DNA from: a virus | Reading direction: 5' to 3' (one strand) | Length of the DNA stretch: 64,000 bases | IMG/VR virus record: IMGVR_UViG_3300039210_000244 | Coordinates: 20,462 to 84,461 of that record | Shown: positions 46,211-55,695 of the stretch, piece by piece | How positions within the stretch are numbered: the first letter of the stretch is position 1 | Layout: the number at the start of each line of letters is the position of its first letter | The notes under the pieces: generated by a model | What the model was told of the DNA's origin: nothing | The model's database searches: none | Seen by the model: the letters and a program-made list of their open reading frames with translations, nothing else | Position numbers and translations under genes: made by a program

Positions 46211-46776
46211 GGCTTCATAGGGGTTTGCTGATACAGCGTGTCGAATGTCGGCGCGCATGGGTCATCGATAATCATGAACGTCGCCGTCTTGCCCGCAATT
46301 TTGGGCGCCGTCAGCGTACGGTCCAGAGCGCGCCGGGCGGCCTGCAGCTTGTGGAGCGTGTCGAGACCTCGGGCGGCCGGGTGGGGCGCCATGATGCAGG
46401 GGAATGACCATCTGGCGCCAGCGAGTCTCACGCCATCCTCCGCGATCTTGCCTAACGCCAGCACGACGTCGGGCTTCTCGTCTTCGAGTACCTTTCGGAT
46501 GTGAGCGAGATCCGCCGGGAACGCCGCGCGCGAATGTCCGCCGATCTCGCGCGATGCCTCTTCCCAAACGATGTCGTCGCAGAGCTTGCCGAACACCTTT
46601 CGCAGCATCTTCCCGGATTTGCAGCCGGCGAACAGTGCGTAATGGATCAGGCGACGGCGGTACTTCTCGGCGTGTGCCGGTCCGCGCTCAGGGTCTGAGG
46701 CCATTCGCGCCATGTCGGCCAGGATCTTCTCCGGCTCGTGGAACCACTGGCACTGCATGAAAGCGACGATCTTCAT
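46207..46776 (-). CDS. Uracil-DNA glycosylase superfamily-like protein
   Basis: SGKML...EKPDVVLALGKIA...APHPAAR. Confidence 0.6.
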   Translation of the reverse strand: MKIVAFMQCQWFHEPEKILADMARMASDPERGPAHAEKYRRRLIHYALFAGCKSGKMLRKVFGKLCDDIVWEEASREIGGHSRAAFPADLAHIRKVLEDEKPDVVLALGKIAEDGVRLAGARWSFPCIMAPHPAARGLDTLHKLQAARRALDRTLTAPKIAGKTATFMIIDDPCAPTFDTLYQQTPMKP

Positions 46777-46976
46777 CGATCCTCCGGTTTCGGTATAGGA
46801 CCGGCAAACTCACCGAGGCAATCCGCCAGCTCTACCTCAAACGTATATTCGCCAAAAAATGAGAGATAGAGTTCTCCGCCCTTGGAGATCACGCATGCTA
46901 TTTCCGGGATTTCATCGTCGGCATTCTTGTACCAGTACCAGCCCGGGGCTGTCGGCTTCTCATGCGTCCATTTCAC
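46773..46976 (-). CDS. Small conserved phage protein
   Basis: WTHEKPTAPGWYWY...FAGPIPKP. Confidence 0.65.
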   Translation of the reverse strand: MKWTHEKPTAPGWYWYKNADDEIPEIACVISKGGELYLSFFGEYTFEVELADCLGEFAGPIPKPEDR

Positions 46977-47188
46977 AGCTTAACCGCCAACTCGACGTTC
47001 GTCACCACGAGGCGATCCACTTCTGAGCGCCCGTGAACATTCGGGCGCTCGCGCTTCGTTGTGGAAACGCTGATGTAGTTCGGCGATAGTCCGGTCAACT
47101 GCTGGAACTTCAGAATCTCCTCATTGATCAGGATTCCGATTTGGATCTCAGCGGCGATTCGCGCTGCTCTGATTTCGTTGATGGTCAT
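46973..47188 (-). CDS. Hypothetical protein
   Basis: Class-I motif and GAA leader. Confidence 0.6.
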   Translation of the reverse strand: MTINEIRAARIAAEIQIGILINEEILKFQQLTGLSPNYISVSTTKRERPNVHGRSEVDRLVVTNVELAVKL

Positions 47189-47306
47189 TTCAATTCGGGT
47201 TTCGGGTTAAACTGACATCTGAAGTAAAATAAAAGCCTCGTTAGATGTAAAGACTAAAAAGGCGTGAGCCGAAAGATTCAGCCCACGCCTGACGCTGCCG
47301 GGCCGT

Positions 47307-47579
47307 TCACTGGAATCGACTCGGCGTAAACTTCGGCTCGATCCACTCTTCCCCGTCTCTGTTCACATGCTTGCAGTCGAGATCGTACATCGGAGCCACC
47401 ATGCCGGGCTCGACCTCATCGAAGTCGTTCGAGAGCGCCACGTATTCGAACGCGTCCATGTCGTAGCGCAGCTCGCAGCTGACCACGACGACACGACTGA
47501 AGATCGGCGCGAGTTTAGCGATCGGAGTTTTCTGGATCAGCTCGCGGTTTATCCGGAATTTTCCAAGGCGTTGTAACAT
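47307..47579 (-). CDS. Hypothetical protein
   Basis: ORF followed by hairpin/T-run at about 47256-47290. Confidence 0.6.
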   Translation of the reverse strand: MLQRLGKFRINRELIQKTPIAKLAPIFSRVVVVSCELRYDMDAFEYVALSNDFDEVEPGMVAPMYDLDCKHVNRDGEEWIEPKFTPSRFQ

Positions 47580-47583
47580 AGGT

Positions 47584-47802
47584 TCAGGCGTTGACGGTTG
47601 CGGTTGTTGAGAGGACCGGCGTGGGCCACTGGCGTAGCACTTTCCCGGCCTCAGCAGTGAGACGCCAGAGCTTCACTTCTTTGGCGCGTTTCCCCTCGGT
47701 TGCTCGGTCAAACGCACCGTTGGCTGCGCTGTGATCGCGTCCACGGTACGGCTCAAATTTCTCGCCGGCTTTCGTAATGGCAACGACCGAGAACTCAAAC
47801 AT
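47584..47802 (-). CDS. Hypothetical protein
   Basis: Compact packing. Confidence 0.5.
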   Translation of the reverse strand: MFEFSVVAITKAGEKFEPYRGRDHSAANGAFDRATEGKRAKEVKLWRLTAEAGKVLRQWPTPVLSTTATVNA

Positions 47803-48193
47803 GGGAGTCCGAAGGTTGAGGTTCGGCGACCGGGGCCAGCGCCTCGGCTATGTCTGCCTTGGCGCTCGCCTTCAGACGTTCTACAGCCTGCAGAGCCGTA
47901 ACGATTTTCTCATTCTCAGTCTGCAGCGTCATCGTCACGAACTCCTCGGTCGTGCTGAGATAAAGCCGATTGAGGTTTCTGATCCGAAGGATGCCCTCGT
48001 GCGTGAACACGCGGCTGCGTTTGCCGTCGGCGCCCATGTGCCCGCCGGTGCCCCAGAAGATCGCTTCGTACGCCTCGGAGTAGGTGCACTGCTTGCCGGG
48101 TGACTCTTTGAGTTTGTACCGTGCAACGCCGTTGCAGGGCAGCTTGTAGATCCGACGCATGACCGCGTTCGAGATAGATTTTTCGTTCGACAT
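47795..48193 (-). CDS. Hypothetical protein
   Basis: ATG 48193 after GAA leader. Confidence 0.55.
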   Translation of the reverse strand: MSNEKSISNAVMRRIYKLPCNGVARYKLKESPGKQCTYSEAYEAIFWGTGGHMGADGKRSRVFTHEGILRIRNLNRLYLSTTEEFVTMTLQTENEKIVTALQAVERLKASAKADIAEALAPVAEPQPSDSHV

Positions 48194-48222
48194 TTTCGTT
48201 TCGGGTTCGGGGTTCAACTGGC

Positions 48223-48807
48223 TCAGGCGGCGACCGGCTTTTTGAGCGGCCAACCAAATTCACGAAGCAATCTCACTTGATCCTTCGCTGTTCGCCGTAG
48301 CGGAGCCACATGCGCCAGCGCGTTGTGCATGCGCCAATAACAGACAGAGCGCGCTTGCTTCTCGATCGCTGGATCTGGCTTTTGATTATGGAGCCTCGGC
48401 GCCTTCATCCTCTCGCGCTCGTACAGGCGATGTCCCGGGCCTTTGCCGTCCATTTCGATCAGCCCGGCCCAGTCGGGGACTTCGTTCATGCGCACAAGAT
48501 CCGGCGGAGTGACAAAGAAAAACTGCACCGGCCCGCGCGTGCTCTTCTGATTGAGCAGGTCGTGCTTGTTCAGAAACACCGGCGGTGCTCCGTACGGTCG
48601 CGGCCACACCTGCTCGTATTTCTTCGCGTCGGCAAAAAAGTCGGCCCGGCTGATCTTTACCTCGAACTCACGGAAGTATCCGGCCTCTGTCAGTTCGTAT
48701 AGATCGCACTCCCACCAATCTTTCGGGGTGAAGTGAGGCAGCACGAAACTCCGGCGATAACGCTCGCGTATCAGGGCCTCCGTTATGTCCTGCGCGTTCA
48801 CGTTCAA
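48223..48807 (-). CDS. PD-(D/E)xK nuclease, MmcB-like
   Basis: ECDL...EFEVKISRADFFAD..K...FFFVTP...VPDWAGLI. Confidence 0.75.
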   Translation of the reverse strand: MNVNAQDITEALIRERYRRSFVLPHFTPKDWWECDLYELTEAGYFREFEVKISRADFFADAKKYEQVWPRPYGAPPVFLNKHDLLNQKSTRGPVQFFFVTPPDLVRMNEVPDWAGLIEMDGKGPGHRLYERERMKAPRLHNQKPDPAIEKQARSVCYWRMHNALAHVAPLRRTAKDQVRLLREFGWPLKKPVAA

Positions 48808-49013
48808 AACGTCTTAGCTTCCCTGAGAGCTTCTTTCCAGTCAGCCCACAGGAATGCTGCGCTTTCAAACAGAGAATAGCTCGTGAAGATCCAGCGGCAA
48901 TAAAACGCGACTGGTAGGAGCAGCAGCAACACCGTCAGGTACAGCAGTAGCGCGATCCGCACCGCGTACTCAGTGCCACGACCGACGACCTTGCCAAGAT
49001 CGTGCGGGTTCAC
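48804..49013 (-). CDS. Small membrane protein
   Basis: One TM helix; GTGA overlaps. Confidence 0.5.
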   Translation of the reverse strand: MNPHDLGKVVGRGTEYAVRIALLLYLTVLLLLLPVAFYCRWIFTSYSLFESAAFLWADWKEALREAKTF

Positions 49014-49264
49014 TTCTGCACCTCATCCGGCTTTCGGACAGACAGCGCGACGGGTGGATGTCCGCTCATCAGAACGGAGAGCCAGATTCGGCCGGTGAAC
49101 AAAAGTCGGACGCGGTGCCAGAACGGAACCCTCCAACACGAGACCGTTTCACCGGTCGTTCTCCAACAAGGTAGATCCTCGCAAGAGCCATCCGCCTTCA
49201 GCGACGCGGGCGCTGTGAAGACGTAGTTAGATTGAGGGAACGGGATCGGGCGCACGTAGCTCAT
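49010..49264 (-). CDS. Conserved small phage protein
   Basis: PIPFPQSN...CEDLP...VSCW...RLLFTGRIWL...HPPV. Confidence 0.65.
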   Translation of the reverse strand: MSYVRPIPFPQSNYVFTAPASLKADGSCEDLPCWRTTGETVSCWRVPFWHRVRLLFTGRIWLSVLMSGHPPVALSVRKPDEVQK

Positions 49265-49442
49265 TTCGTTTCTTTCGGTTCGGGTGACGGACGCGGAATT
49301 CTGCGTGCAGTTTCAGCTGTTTGTCAATCGCTTCCTGCGGTATCCGCCGACCTTTTACGGTCAGCCCAGAGGCTTCGATGCCGGCGTCGAATAGACGCCA
49401 CAGCTCTTTTTTCAACTCACGGGACAGCTCGATGTGCTTCAT
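49227..49442 (-). CDS. Hypothetical protein
   Basis: GAA leader. Confidence 0.5.
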   Translation of the reverse strand: MKHIELSRELKKELWRLFDAGIEASGLTVKGRRIPQEAIDKQLKLHAEFRVRHPNRKKRNELRAPDPVPSI

Positions 49443-49481
49443 CAGTTCAGTTCAGGTTCAGGGTTCAGGCGTGAATCGGAA

Positions 49482-50393
49482 TCACACGCTGTCAATTCTG
49501 GCGTCGATATTCTTCATCACCTGCGCAAGAAACGTGGCACCGCGCCGGTTCTGCATGGTCGCGGGGATCAGCTCCGCGGCCTCGGCGGCGAGCACCCGGC
49601 CCAACTTTGCCCGGTCGCTGCCGTTCAGCCCGGCGATCATATTCGCCGCAAGCATCACCTGAATTGCCACCTGTTTCGCCGTATCCACTTTCTTCTGGGC
49701 CGAGACTCCGGCTGCCTCGCAGGCGAGTTCAAAACTCTGCTGCTTCATCGAATCCAGGTAGCTGTAAAGGATGGCGCCCGCGCGCTTGTAGTCCTTATCC
49801 ACACAGCGCATCAGCAACGTTTCAACATGCTCGAAGGGCATCGATCCGATTGCCCGTTCCACCAGCCATTGCTGGAGCGAACCGCTAACAATCAGCTTCC
49901 AAATTTGCTCTGAAAGCCCGGCCATTTTCTGAAAAATACGGACACGGTTTACGCTTTCACCCAGCGCGGCGGCGGCGGCTTCATCGGTGTCGCCCAGCTT
50001 CTTCATCCGGACCGCGGCGTTTGCGGTTTCGCGCAGTGTCATCGACTGCCGCGCGTGGTTCTCGATCACCTGCGCTCTAAAGCGGCTCGCTTCGTCATCC
50101 CGGTTGAGCGTGACACGCGCCGGGATTGATTGGATGCCGGCGAGGCAGTGAGCCCGCCAGCGACACTCGCCCATGATGATTAGATATTTTCCCGGCTCGC
50201 TGGGATTCTTTCGGACGGTAATGGGTTGGAGCAGTCCCTCCGCTTTAATCGACTCGGCGAGTCCGTTTATGTATTCCGGAGTGAACTCTTTGCGGGGTTG
50301 GTCCGGATCAGGCGAAATCAGGCTTGTGGGAATAGCGAGTACGCTATGCGCGATCTTCGGTTTCAGTTCAGCAACGGGTTCGATAGCAATCAT
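49482..50393 (-). CDS. parB: ParB/Spo0J-family protein
   Basis: PDPDQPRKEF...LAESIKAEGLLQPITVR...IIMGECRWRA...IENHAR plus HTH. Confidence 0.9.
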   Translation of the reverse strand: MIAIEPVAELKPKIAHSVLAIPTSLISPDPDQPRKEFTPEYINGLAESIKAEGLLQPITVRKNPSEPGKYLIIMGECRWRAHCLAGIQSIPARVTLNRDDEASRFRAQVIENHARQSMTLRETANAAVRMKKLGDTDEAAAAALGESVNRVRIFQKMAGLSEQIWKLIVSGSLQQWLVERAIGSMPFEHVETLLMRCVDKDYKRAGAILYSYLDSMKQQSFELACEAAGVSAQKKVDTAKQVAIQVMLAANMIAGLNGSDRAKLGRVLAAEAAELIPATMQNRRGATFLAQVMKNIDARIDSV

Positions 50394-50502
50394 GTTCTTT
50401 TCGGGTTCGGGTTTACTGACAAGAGAAGTGAAATAGAAAAACTAGTTCATGTAAAGATGATAATGCGAATTTGACTTAAAAAATTCAAGCGGCCAGAACA
50501 TG

Positions 50503-50537
50503 AAAAAGCCCGGCGGGGACATGACTACCCGCCGGGC
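50503..50537 (-). terminator. Intrinsic terminator
   Basis: GCCCGGCGGG-loop-CCCGCCGGGC-TTTTT. Confidence 0.8.
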
Positions 50538-50549
50538 CACCGAACCAAA

Positions 50550-52061
50550 TTACGCGAGACGCACCGGCATCAAGACCGCCAGTTTATCGCCAGCCTCAAC
50601 GAGCACCGCGGAAACGTCGTCTTTGACGCTCATCGTGATCCGGTCATCAGTCCACGAATTCACCACGTCGAGCAGGAAGATCGGGTTGAGCGCAGTCACA
50701 AGCGGCTCCGCCAAATCAGCGCCGCCGGCCACCTTGATCTCTTCTTTCCCGGTTCCGATGCTCACGTTGAGCACGTTGATCCTCAGCAGTCCTGCTGTGA
50801 TCGTGAGCTTCACCGAATTGGCTTTCTCACTGTTCAGCACCATCATTCGTCCGAGCGTGTTGAGCAGCTCGACCCGATCGATCACGAGCGTCGTCGCCCG
50901 GTCCTTCGGAATAACCTGCGCGTAGTTCGGGTAATTGCCGGCGATCAGCCGAAAGACACCGCGGTAGGTGTGCCCATTGGCATCCGATGCGATGCTTAGC
51001 CGGTTGCCTCCATCGTTGAGCGAGGCCGTCACCGTTGCGTCGAGCGGTACGCTGGCGCGGATTGCTTCGGCTGCCAGCGTGGGAATGATCAGCACGCCAG
51101 GCCGGGAAAGGATCTTGTCAGCGCAGAGTGGAACGCGGACGAGGCGCCGGCCATCGGTGGCCACGACATCATCGCGGGTGTTGTCCTTCGAAAGCGCAAC
51201 CGCGATCCCTAATAGGATATACCGCGTTTCATCGGCGCTCGCGCACTTGATGGTCTCGGTCACGACCCGGGCGAGGTTCTTGCCCGTGATTTCCATCACT
51301 GGTTTCTCACCAAGCGCCGGCATCGGTGGCCATTCCGTCGATGAAATCCCCATGATTTCCGTCCGGTTCTCAATGTCTGAGATCTTCAGCATCCCGCTCG
51401 TGACCTCGGCCATCATGAAGTCGGACGAGCAGCGCGCGACGAACTTCGAGAGGACCGTGAACGGAACCGCCAACGAGTGTTCACCGGTTGTTTCGGCCGG
51501 GACTTCGGTCGCAATGAAGCTATCCAGATTCGTTCCCTCCACTTTCAGCCGACCGTTGCCGAACGTGATCAGAGCGCAGTTCAAAATTGGCATCGTCGCC
51601 TTGGCGCCCGTGACCTTCGCGACGCACTGGAGCTGGCGGATGAATACCTTGCGGCTCACCTTGAACATCCCGAGCGAACTCGTCTTCGAGAGCGGTGTTT
51701 CGGCCTCGACCGGGATCTCGGTCTGTTCGTGGGCCGGCTCGAATGCGACAACGTTGGTCGGTTCGGGCACCGGGTCGTTAATGAAACCTTCTACGACTGG
51801 CGCATCTGACTCGGGTTCGTCGAGCACAGCCACAACAGACGGAGCGGCGCGCGTCGCGGACGTTTCGGCCGCGGTCGGTGCGATGACCTCCACTTCGGCG
51901 ACGGGCGCCGCATTTGGCACGGGCTGGAGCTTCATGATCTGATCGATCAGCTTCGTGCTTTTCGTCGCGTAGGGCGATTTGATGCCGGCAACGAGAGCGG
52001 CTGAGATCAGGTCTTTGCGGGAGAGAGCAACGAGGCTCTCGGATGTATGGACGTTTTTCAT
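50550..52061 (-). CDS. dnaN: DNA polymerase III beta sliding clamp with N-terminal Rho-N-like domain and acidic linker
   Basis: TMPILN...GTNLD...DETRYILLG...VATDGRRL...IAGNYPNY...VLMPVRL; N-terminal LSRKDL..AA...GI......K...LIDQIM. Confidence 0.9.
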   Translation of the reverse strand: MKNVHTSESLVALSRKDLISAALVAGIKSPYATKSTKLIDQIMKLQPVPNAAPVAEVEVIAPTAAETSATRAAPSVVAVLDEPESDAPVVEGFINDPVPEPTNVVAFEPAHEQTEIPVEAETPLSKTSSLGMFKVSRKVFIRQLQCVAKVTGAKATMPILNCALITFGNGRLKVEGTNLDSFIATEVPAETTGEHSLAVPFTVLSKFVARCSSDFMMAEVTSGMLKISDIENRTEIMGISSTEWPPMPALGEKPVMEITGKNLARVVTETIKCASADETRYILLGIAVALSKDNTRDDVVATDGRRLVRVPLCADKILSRPGVLIIPTLAAEAIRASVPLDATVTASLNDGGNRLSIASDANGHTYRGVFRLIAGNYPNYAQVIPKDRATTLVIDRVELLNTLGRMMVLNSEKANSVKLTITAGLLRINVLNVSIGTGKEEIKVAGGADLAEPLVTALNPIFLLDVVNSWTDDRITMSVKDDVSAVLVEAGDKLAVLMPVRLA

Positions 52062-52212
52062 GTTCTATTCGGGTTCGGGTTTTGTTTCGGGTACTAACTG
52101 ACTGAACAGAGTAGAATAAAAAGACCGATACTTGTAAATATAAAAAACAAAAGGACGAAGATTTTTCTTCGTCCTTTTAATGCCGGATAACCGGGATAAA
52201 CTGGCGTTCAGG

Positions 52213-52815
52213 TCACGCTTTGTTCGGCTGGAGAACGACGCGGATAATCCGACCGTGATTCTTTCCAATGCCGTCGAATATGTTCTTGATCGCGCCTATG
52301 ATCGCACCATCGGTGCCGTAGTCGAATTGTATTTCTGGACCGTACACCTGCGGATAATCCTCCGCCTTCACTTTCACGACGAAGATCGTCGTCGTACCGA
52401 TCTCCGATGAATCGATGTCCATTGAGTCTGGATTGAGCAGGAACGGTGAGATCACCCGGCGCAACAACGGCTGCACCTTATCGAATTTCTGCGTATCAAC
52501 TCGGCTGTAAACGAAGCCTTTTACCGGCGCCACGTTGGGCGGCGGGCCTTTGTCATCCACAATAATATGGGACTCGCGATCGATCAGTTTGCAAAGGCTG
52601 GCCGCAATACCTTCGAGCGCCTTGTAGTGCTTCCCCCTCGTGCCAATAACTCGGCGTACGTCTTCCTGTTCGGTGCGGATTCTGAAAGCGACAAGCGGCC
52701 CGTGCTCGGAGCTTTCGACCTTCACGTTTTCGGGATGCGTGACGATGCTCATGACAAGCGCGGTTAAGATTGAGCGGATTTCAATAATTTCATTAGTCTC
52801 GGGTGCTGTGTTCAT
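52213..52815 (-). CDS. Tandem KH-domain (KhpA-like) RNA-binding protein
   Basis: LVMSIVTHPENVKV...EDVRRVIGTRGKHYKAL; second repeat FLLNPDSMDI...VKAEDYPQVY...GTDGAIIGAIK. Confidence 0.8.
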   Translation of the reverse strand: MNTAPETNEIIEIRSILTALVMSIVTHPENVKVESSEHGPLVAFRIRTEQEDVRRVIGTRGKHYKALEGIAASLCKLIDRESHIIVDDKGPPPNVAPVKGFVYSRVDTQKFDKVQPLLRRVISPFLLNPDSMDIDSSEIGTTTIFVVKVKAEDYPQVYGPEIQFDYGTDGAIIGAIKNIFDGIGKNHGRIIRVVLQPNKA

Positions 52816-52914
52816 CTGGTTGGGTTGTTTTCGGTTCAGGTTTCGTGAGGAAAAAACCCAGTAAACCAAAGCAGCCGGCCTCATTCGGTGGAGAGGCCGG
52901 CCACCTAATGATTG

Positions 52915-53409
52915 TTACTCAGGCTTCAGGACGAACTCCGTTTGTCGGAGATCCTCCTGCGTTTGGCCGGAGACTGAGTGTTTTTCGGAATAAGAGGTTG
53001 TGACCTTCGTATCCATCATCTGGAGGTTCGAGTGGTCGATCACGATTGAGACTGCCAGAGAAACCTTCGCGGCTTTCTCGCTTTCCTTGCCCGCTTTTTG
53101 CGCGGTCTTGCAGATCCCCTTCCACATGTCGGCGAGCTGCACACCGACCTGTCGGCACACGAAGTCCGCGGTCGCCATGTAGTTCTTAACCTCGGCGTCG
53201 TTGCAGCCGGTGACGGACGCTCCGCACACCTGCACATTGGGGAGAACTTCGCCGTTCAGCCGCGGAGGCGGTGGAACGATTTCATTCTCGGCGTCGCCGC
53301 CTTCTTGCGCGGATGCTTCGAGAGGAACAACTGGCGCCATGCCGTCGGTTTCCGGGGCTTCCGAGTTGGTCTGTACCTCGTCGGCTGGATTTTGTTTACG
53401 CTTAGCCAT
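52915..53409 (-). CDS. Hypothetical protein
   Basis: GAA leader. Confidence 0.6.
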   Translation of the reverse strand: MAKRKQNPADEVQTNSEAPETDGMAPVVPLEASAQEGGDAENEIVPPPPRLNGEVLPNVQVCGASVTGCNDAEVKNYMATADFVCRQVGVQLADMWKGICKTAQKAGKESEKAAKVSLAVSIVIDHSNLQMMDTKVTTSYSEKHSVSGQTQEDLRQTEFVLKPE

Positions 53410-53434
53410 TTTATTTCGGGTTCTATTCGGGTTT

Positions 53435-55225
53435 CTAGTTTGTCAGGAATTTCCTGACTAAGTTCTTCAACAGAGCTGACTGTGTAAGCTCTTCGCCGTC
53501 CGCTGTCGAGGCTGTAATCTTCGCCTTGTCCGAAACAAGCTCCCAAAGATCGTCATCGATAGTGTTTGGCGCTAAGAAGTAATACGCATTCACGCAGTCC
53601 TTTTGTCCAATGCGATGCACGCGATCGACCACCTGCTGATGCTTTGAGTGTGTCCACATCAACTCGGCAATTCCGATGTGCGAAGCTGCGGTCAAGGTGA
53701 GTCCGAAACCAGCCGCCAGCGTTGATCCGATGAACAACCGGCACCGCTCGTCTTTCATGAATTTGTCCTGCTCGCGCTGCACGTCGTCGCAGCCGCCGAG
53801 CACGGTGGCCGGATGCCACTGAGCGAGACCGCGCACGAGCGCATCGAGCACGGCTTTATGGTGAGCATAGATCACGAATTTTTCGCCGCCTTCGAGAAAC
53901 GTGTCGATCCAGTCGATGATCCAGTTGACCTTGCCGATACCCGCGCACTGTCGGAGCGCGTTGAGTTTTATAAGATGCTTGGCATCCATCCGCGTTTGGC
54001 CGACCAAACCGCCAGCCTCCGCCATCATCCACGCGACAATATCTTTTTCGATCCGCCGATACTCGACCTCGTTCGATAGCTCTGCCTCGTACACCGCTTC
54101 GATTTTGTCGGGTAGCTCCTTGAGCACATCTTTCTTGCGGCGCCGAATCAGCACCGTACGCGAAAGCAGACTGTGGAGTTCGAGCGTGTTGGTCGCGCCG
54201 GTGAGATCAAAGCCGAACTTCGTCCGTTTACCGCCGCAGTACCGCGTGGCGTAATGGTGCCATCCTCCCATCTTAGTCATCACATCCAGGAACGTGAGCG
54301 GCGCGATGAGCTCGGCGGGCCGGCCGTTCTCAATTGGTGTGCCTGATAGTACAAACCGAACTGGCGCTTCAGACAGCTGCGCGATCGCCGTGGCCGCCAT
54401 GCACCTAATCGAGTCACCGTGTTTGATCCAGTGACCTTCGTCGCACGTGACCGATTTCGGGCGCACGAAATCCGGGAAGAAAAACTTGCGCGTTCCAATC
54501 TCGTGGGCAGCGGCTTTGCGAACTTTCGCCTTTGGACTCGCGAGCTTGTAGTGAACGAGTTTGTGGATCTCTGAGTAACCCAAAATCGTGATCTCTGCAA
54601 AATCGTTGGCCAGTAGCGAAGCGCTCCGCTTCGGCAGCCACTTTCGGCACTCGTGAAGCCAGTTCTGTTTCAGCTTCACCGGGCAAATGATCAACGCCGG
54701 GTAAGCCTGCTTCAGTTCGATGGCGGCGAGAGCCTGAAGGCTTTTTCCGGTTCCCATGTCGTCGCCGTTGTAGGCGCGTTCCATCGTCGCCATGAATTTG
54801 ACGCCGGATTTCTGGTAGTTTTTCAGCGACTTCTCCAGCTCTGGATTGCCGGGAATATGCAGGTCGATCGCTTCCTCGGTCGCGGACTGCGCGAGCGCGT
54901 TGACCGCGGCTGATTTCTTGAGCTCAGCCGACAGCTTTTCCCGCGCGTCCTTCGTTGGCGTGATGCCCCAAGCAATGAACTGAGTGAGCTGCTTCACCGC
55001 GTCGGGCGCCACCGCGATCGTCCATGCAAACCCGTGCGTGGACGGCTTGCGCTGCTTCAACGCCCGCACGAGCTCGACGAACATCAAATACTCCTGCCGG
55101 TGCGTCTTCAGGAAACCATGGTCAAACGAGAGTGTGAATTCACCACACAAAAACATCAGCACTCCCTTGCGGACGTTCTGCGCGACGGCGCCTTCGAGCG
55201 GCGGTTTCTCCAGCGTCGTGCTCAT
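53435..55225 (-). CDS. SNF2-family (SMARCAL1/HepA-like) helicase
   Basis: DDMGTGKS; CDEGH; LSGTPIEN; RRRKKDVL; GFGLTLTAA; DRVHRIGQ. Confidence 0.92.
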   Translation of the reverse strand: MSTTLEKPPLEGAVAQNVRKGVLMFLCGEFTLSFDHGFLKTHRQEYLMFVELVRALKQRKPSTHGFAWTIAVAPDAVKQLTQFIAWGITPTKDAREKLSAELKKSAAVNALAQSATEEAIDLHIPGNPELEKSLKNYQKSGVKFMATMERAYNGDDMGTGKSLQALAAIELKQAYPALIICPVKLKQNWLHECRKWLPKRSASLLANDFAEITILGYSEIHKLVHYKLASPKAKVRKAAAHEIGTRKFFFPDFVRPKSVTCDEGHWIKHGDSIRCMAATAIAQLSEAPVRFVLSGTPIENGRPAELIAPLTFLDVMTKMGGWHHYATRYCGGKRTKFGFDLTGATNTLELHSLLSRTVLIRRRKKDVLKELPDKIEAVYEAELSNEVEYRRIEKDIVAWMMAEAGGLVGQTRMDAKHLIKLNALRQCAGIGKVNWIIDWIDTFLEGGEKFVIYAHHKAVLDALVRGLAQWHPATVLGGCDDVQREQDKFMKDERCRLFIGSTLAAGFGLTLTAASHIGIAELMWTHSKHQQVVDRVHRIGQKDCVNAYYFLAPNTIDDDLWELVSDKAKITASTADGEELTQSALLKNLVRKFLTN

Positions 55226-55695
55226 GACAAAACGTCCTGCTTGTACCATTGGCCGGATACGCGCCACACGAGGCGGAATTTTGCCCACGTGTGCTGCGTT
55301 GCTGCTATTTTCAAAAACTCGAATCCTCCGCGAAAAACTTTCGGCCCCTTCACTTCGATGAAGAGTTTTTCTTCGGGCAAAAAGAAATCAGGTTTATACC
55401 AGTCGCCGTTTGCAAGTTTGAGCCGAATCCCTTGCGGAATTGCCAGCTTGCCTGGGAAGAGCACCCGAAGCTGATCTGAATAGGCCAGCTCCAGTTTGTT
55501 CATCAGCGGTTTTTTCGACTGGCGCATCCGTGGCTTCACGCCATTTGTTCCAGCCTCCAGCTCAGTCGCTTCTTCGAGCGGGTAGGCGTGCGTGACCGAC
55601 ACGCTGAGCGGCTTCCTGTCGGCACGCGCGGCTTCGATCTGCGCGTGGAAGCGCGGATGAATCTTCGCCATGACATCTGTCATTTTCATTCCCAT
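55222..55695 (-). CDS. PD-(D/E)xK endonuclease (DUF1064-like, resolvase candidate)
   Basis: MNKLE..Y...YKPDF...IEVKG. Confidence 0.75.
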   Translation of the reverse strand: MGMKMTDVMAKIHPRFHAQIEAARADRKPLSVSVTHAYPLEEATELEAGTNGVKPRMRQSKKPLMNKLELAYSDQLRVLFPGKLAIPQGIRLKLANGDWYKPDFFLPEEKLFIEVKGPKVFRGGFEFLKIAATQHTWAKFRLVWRVSGQWYKQDVLS

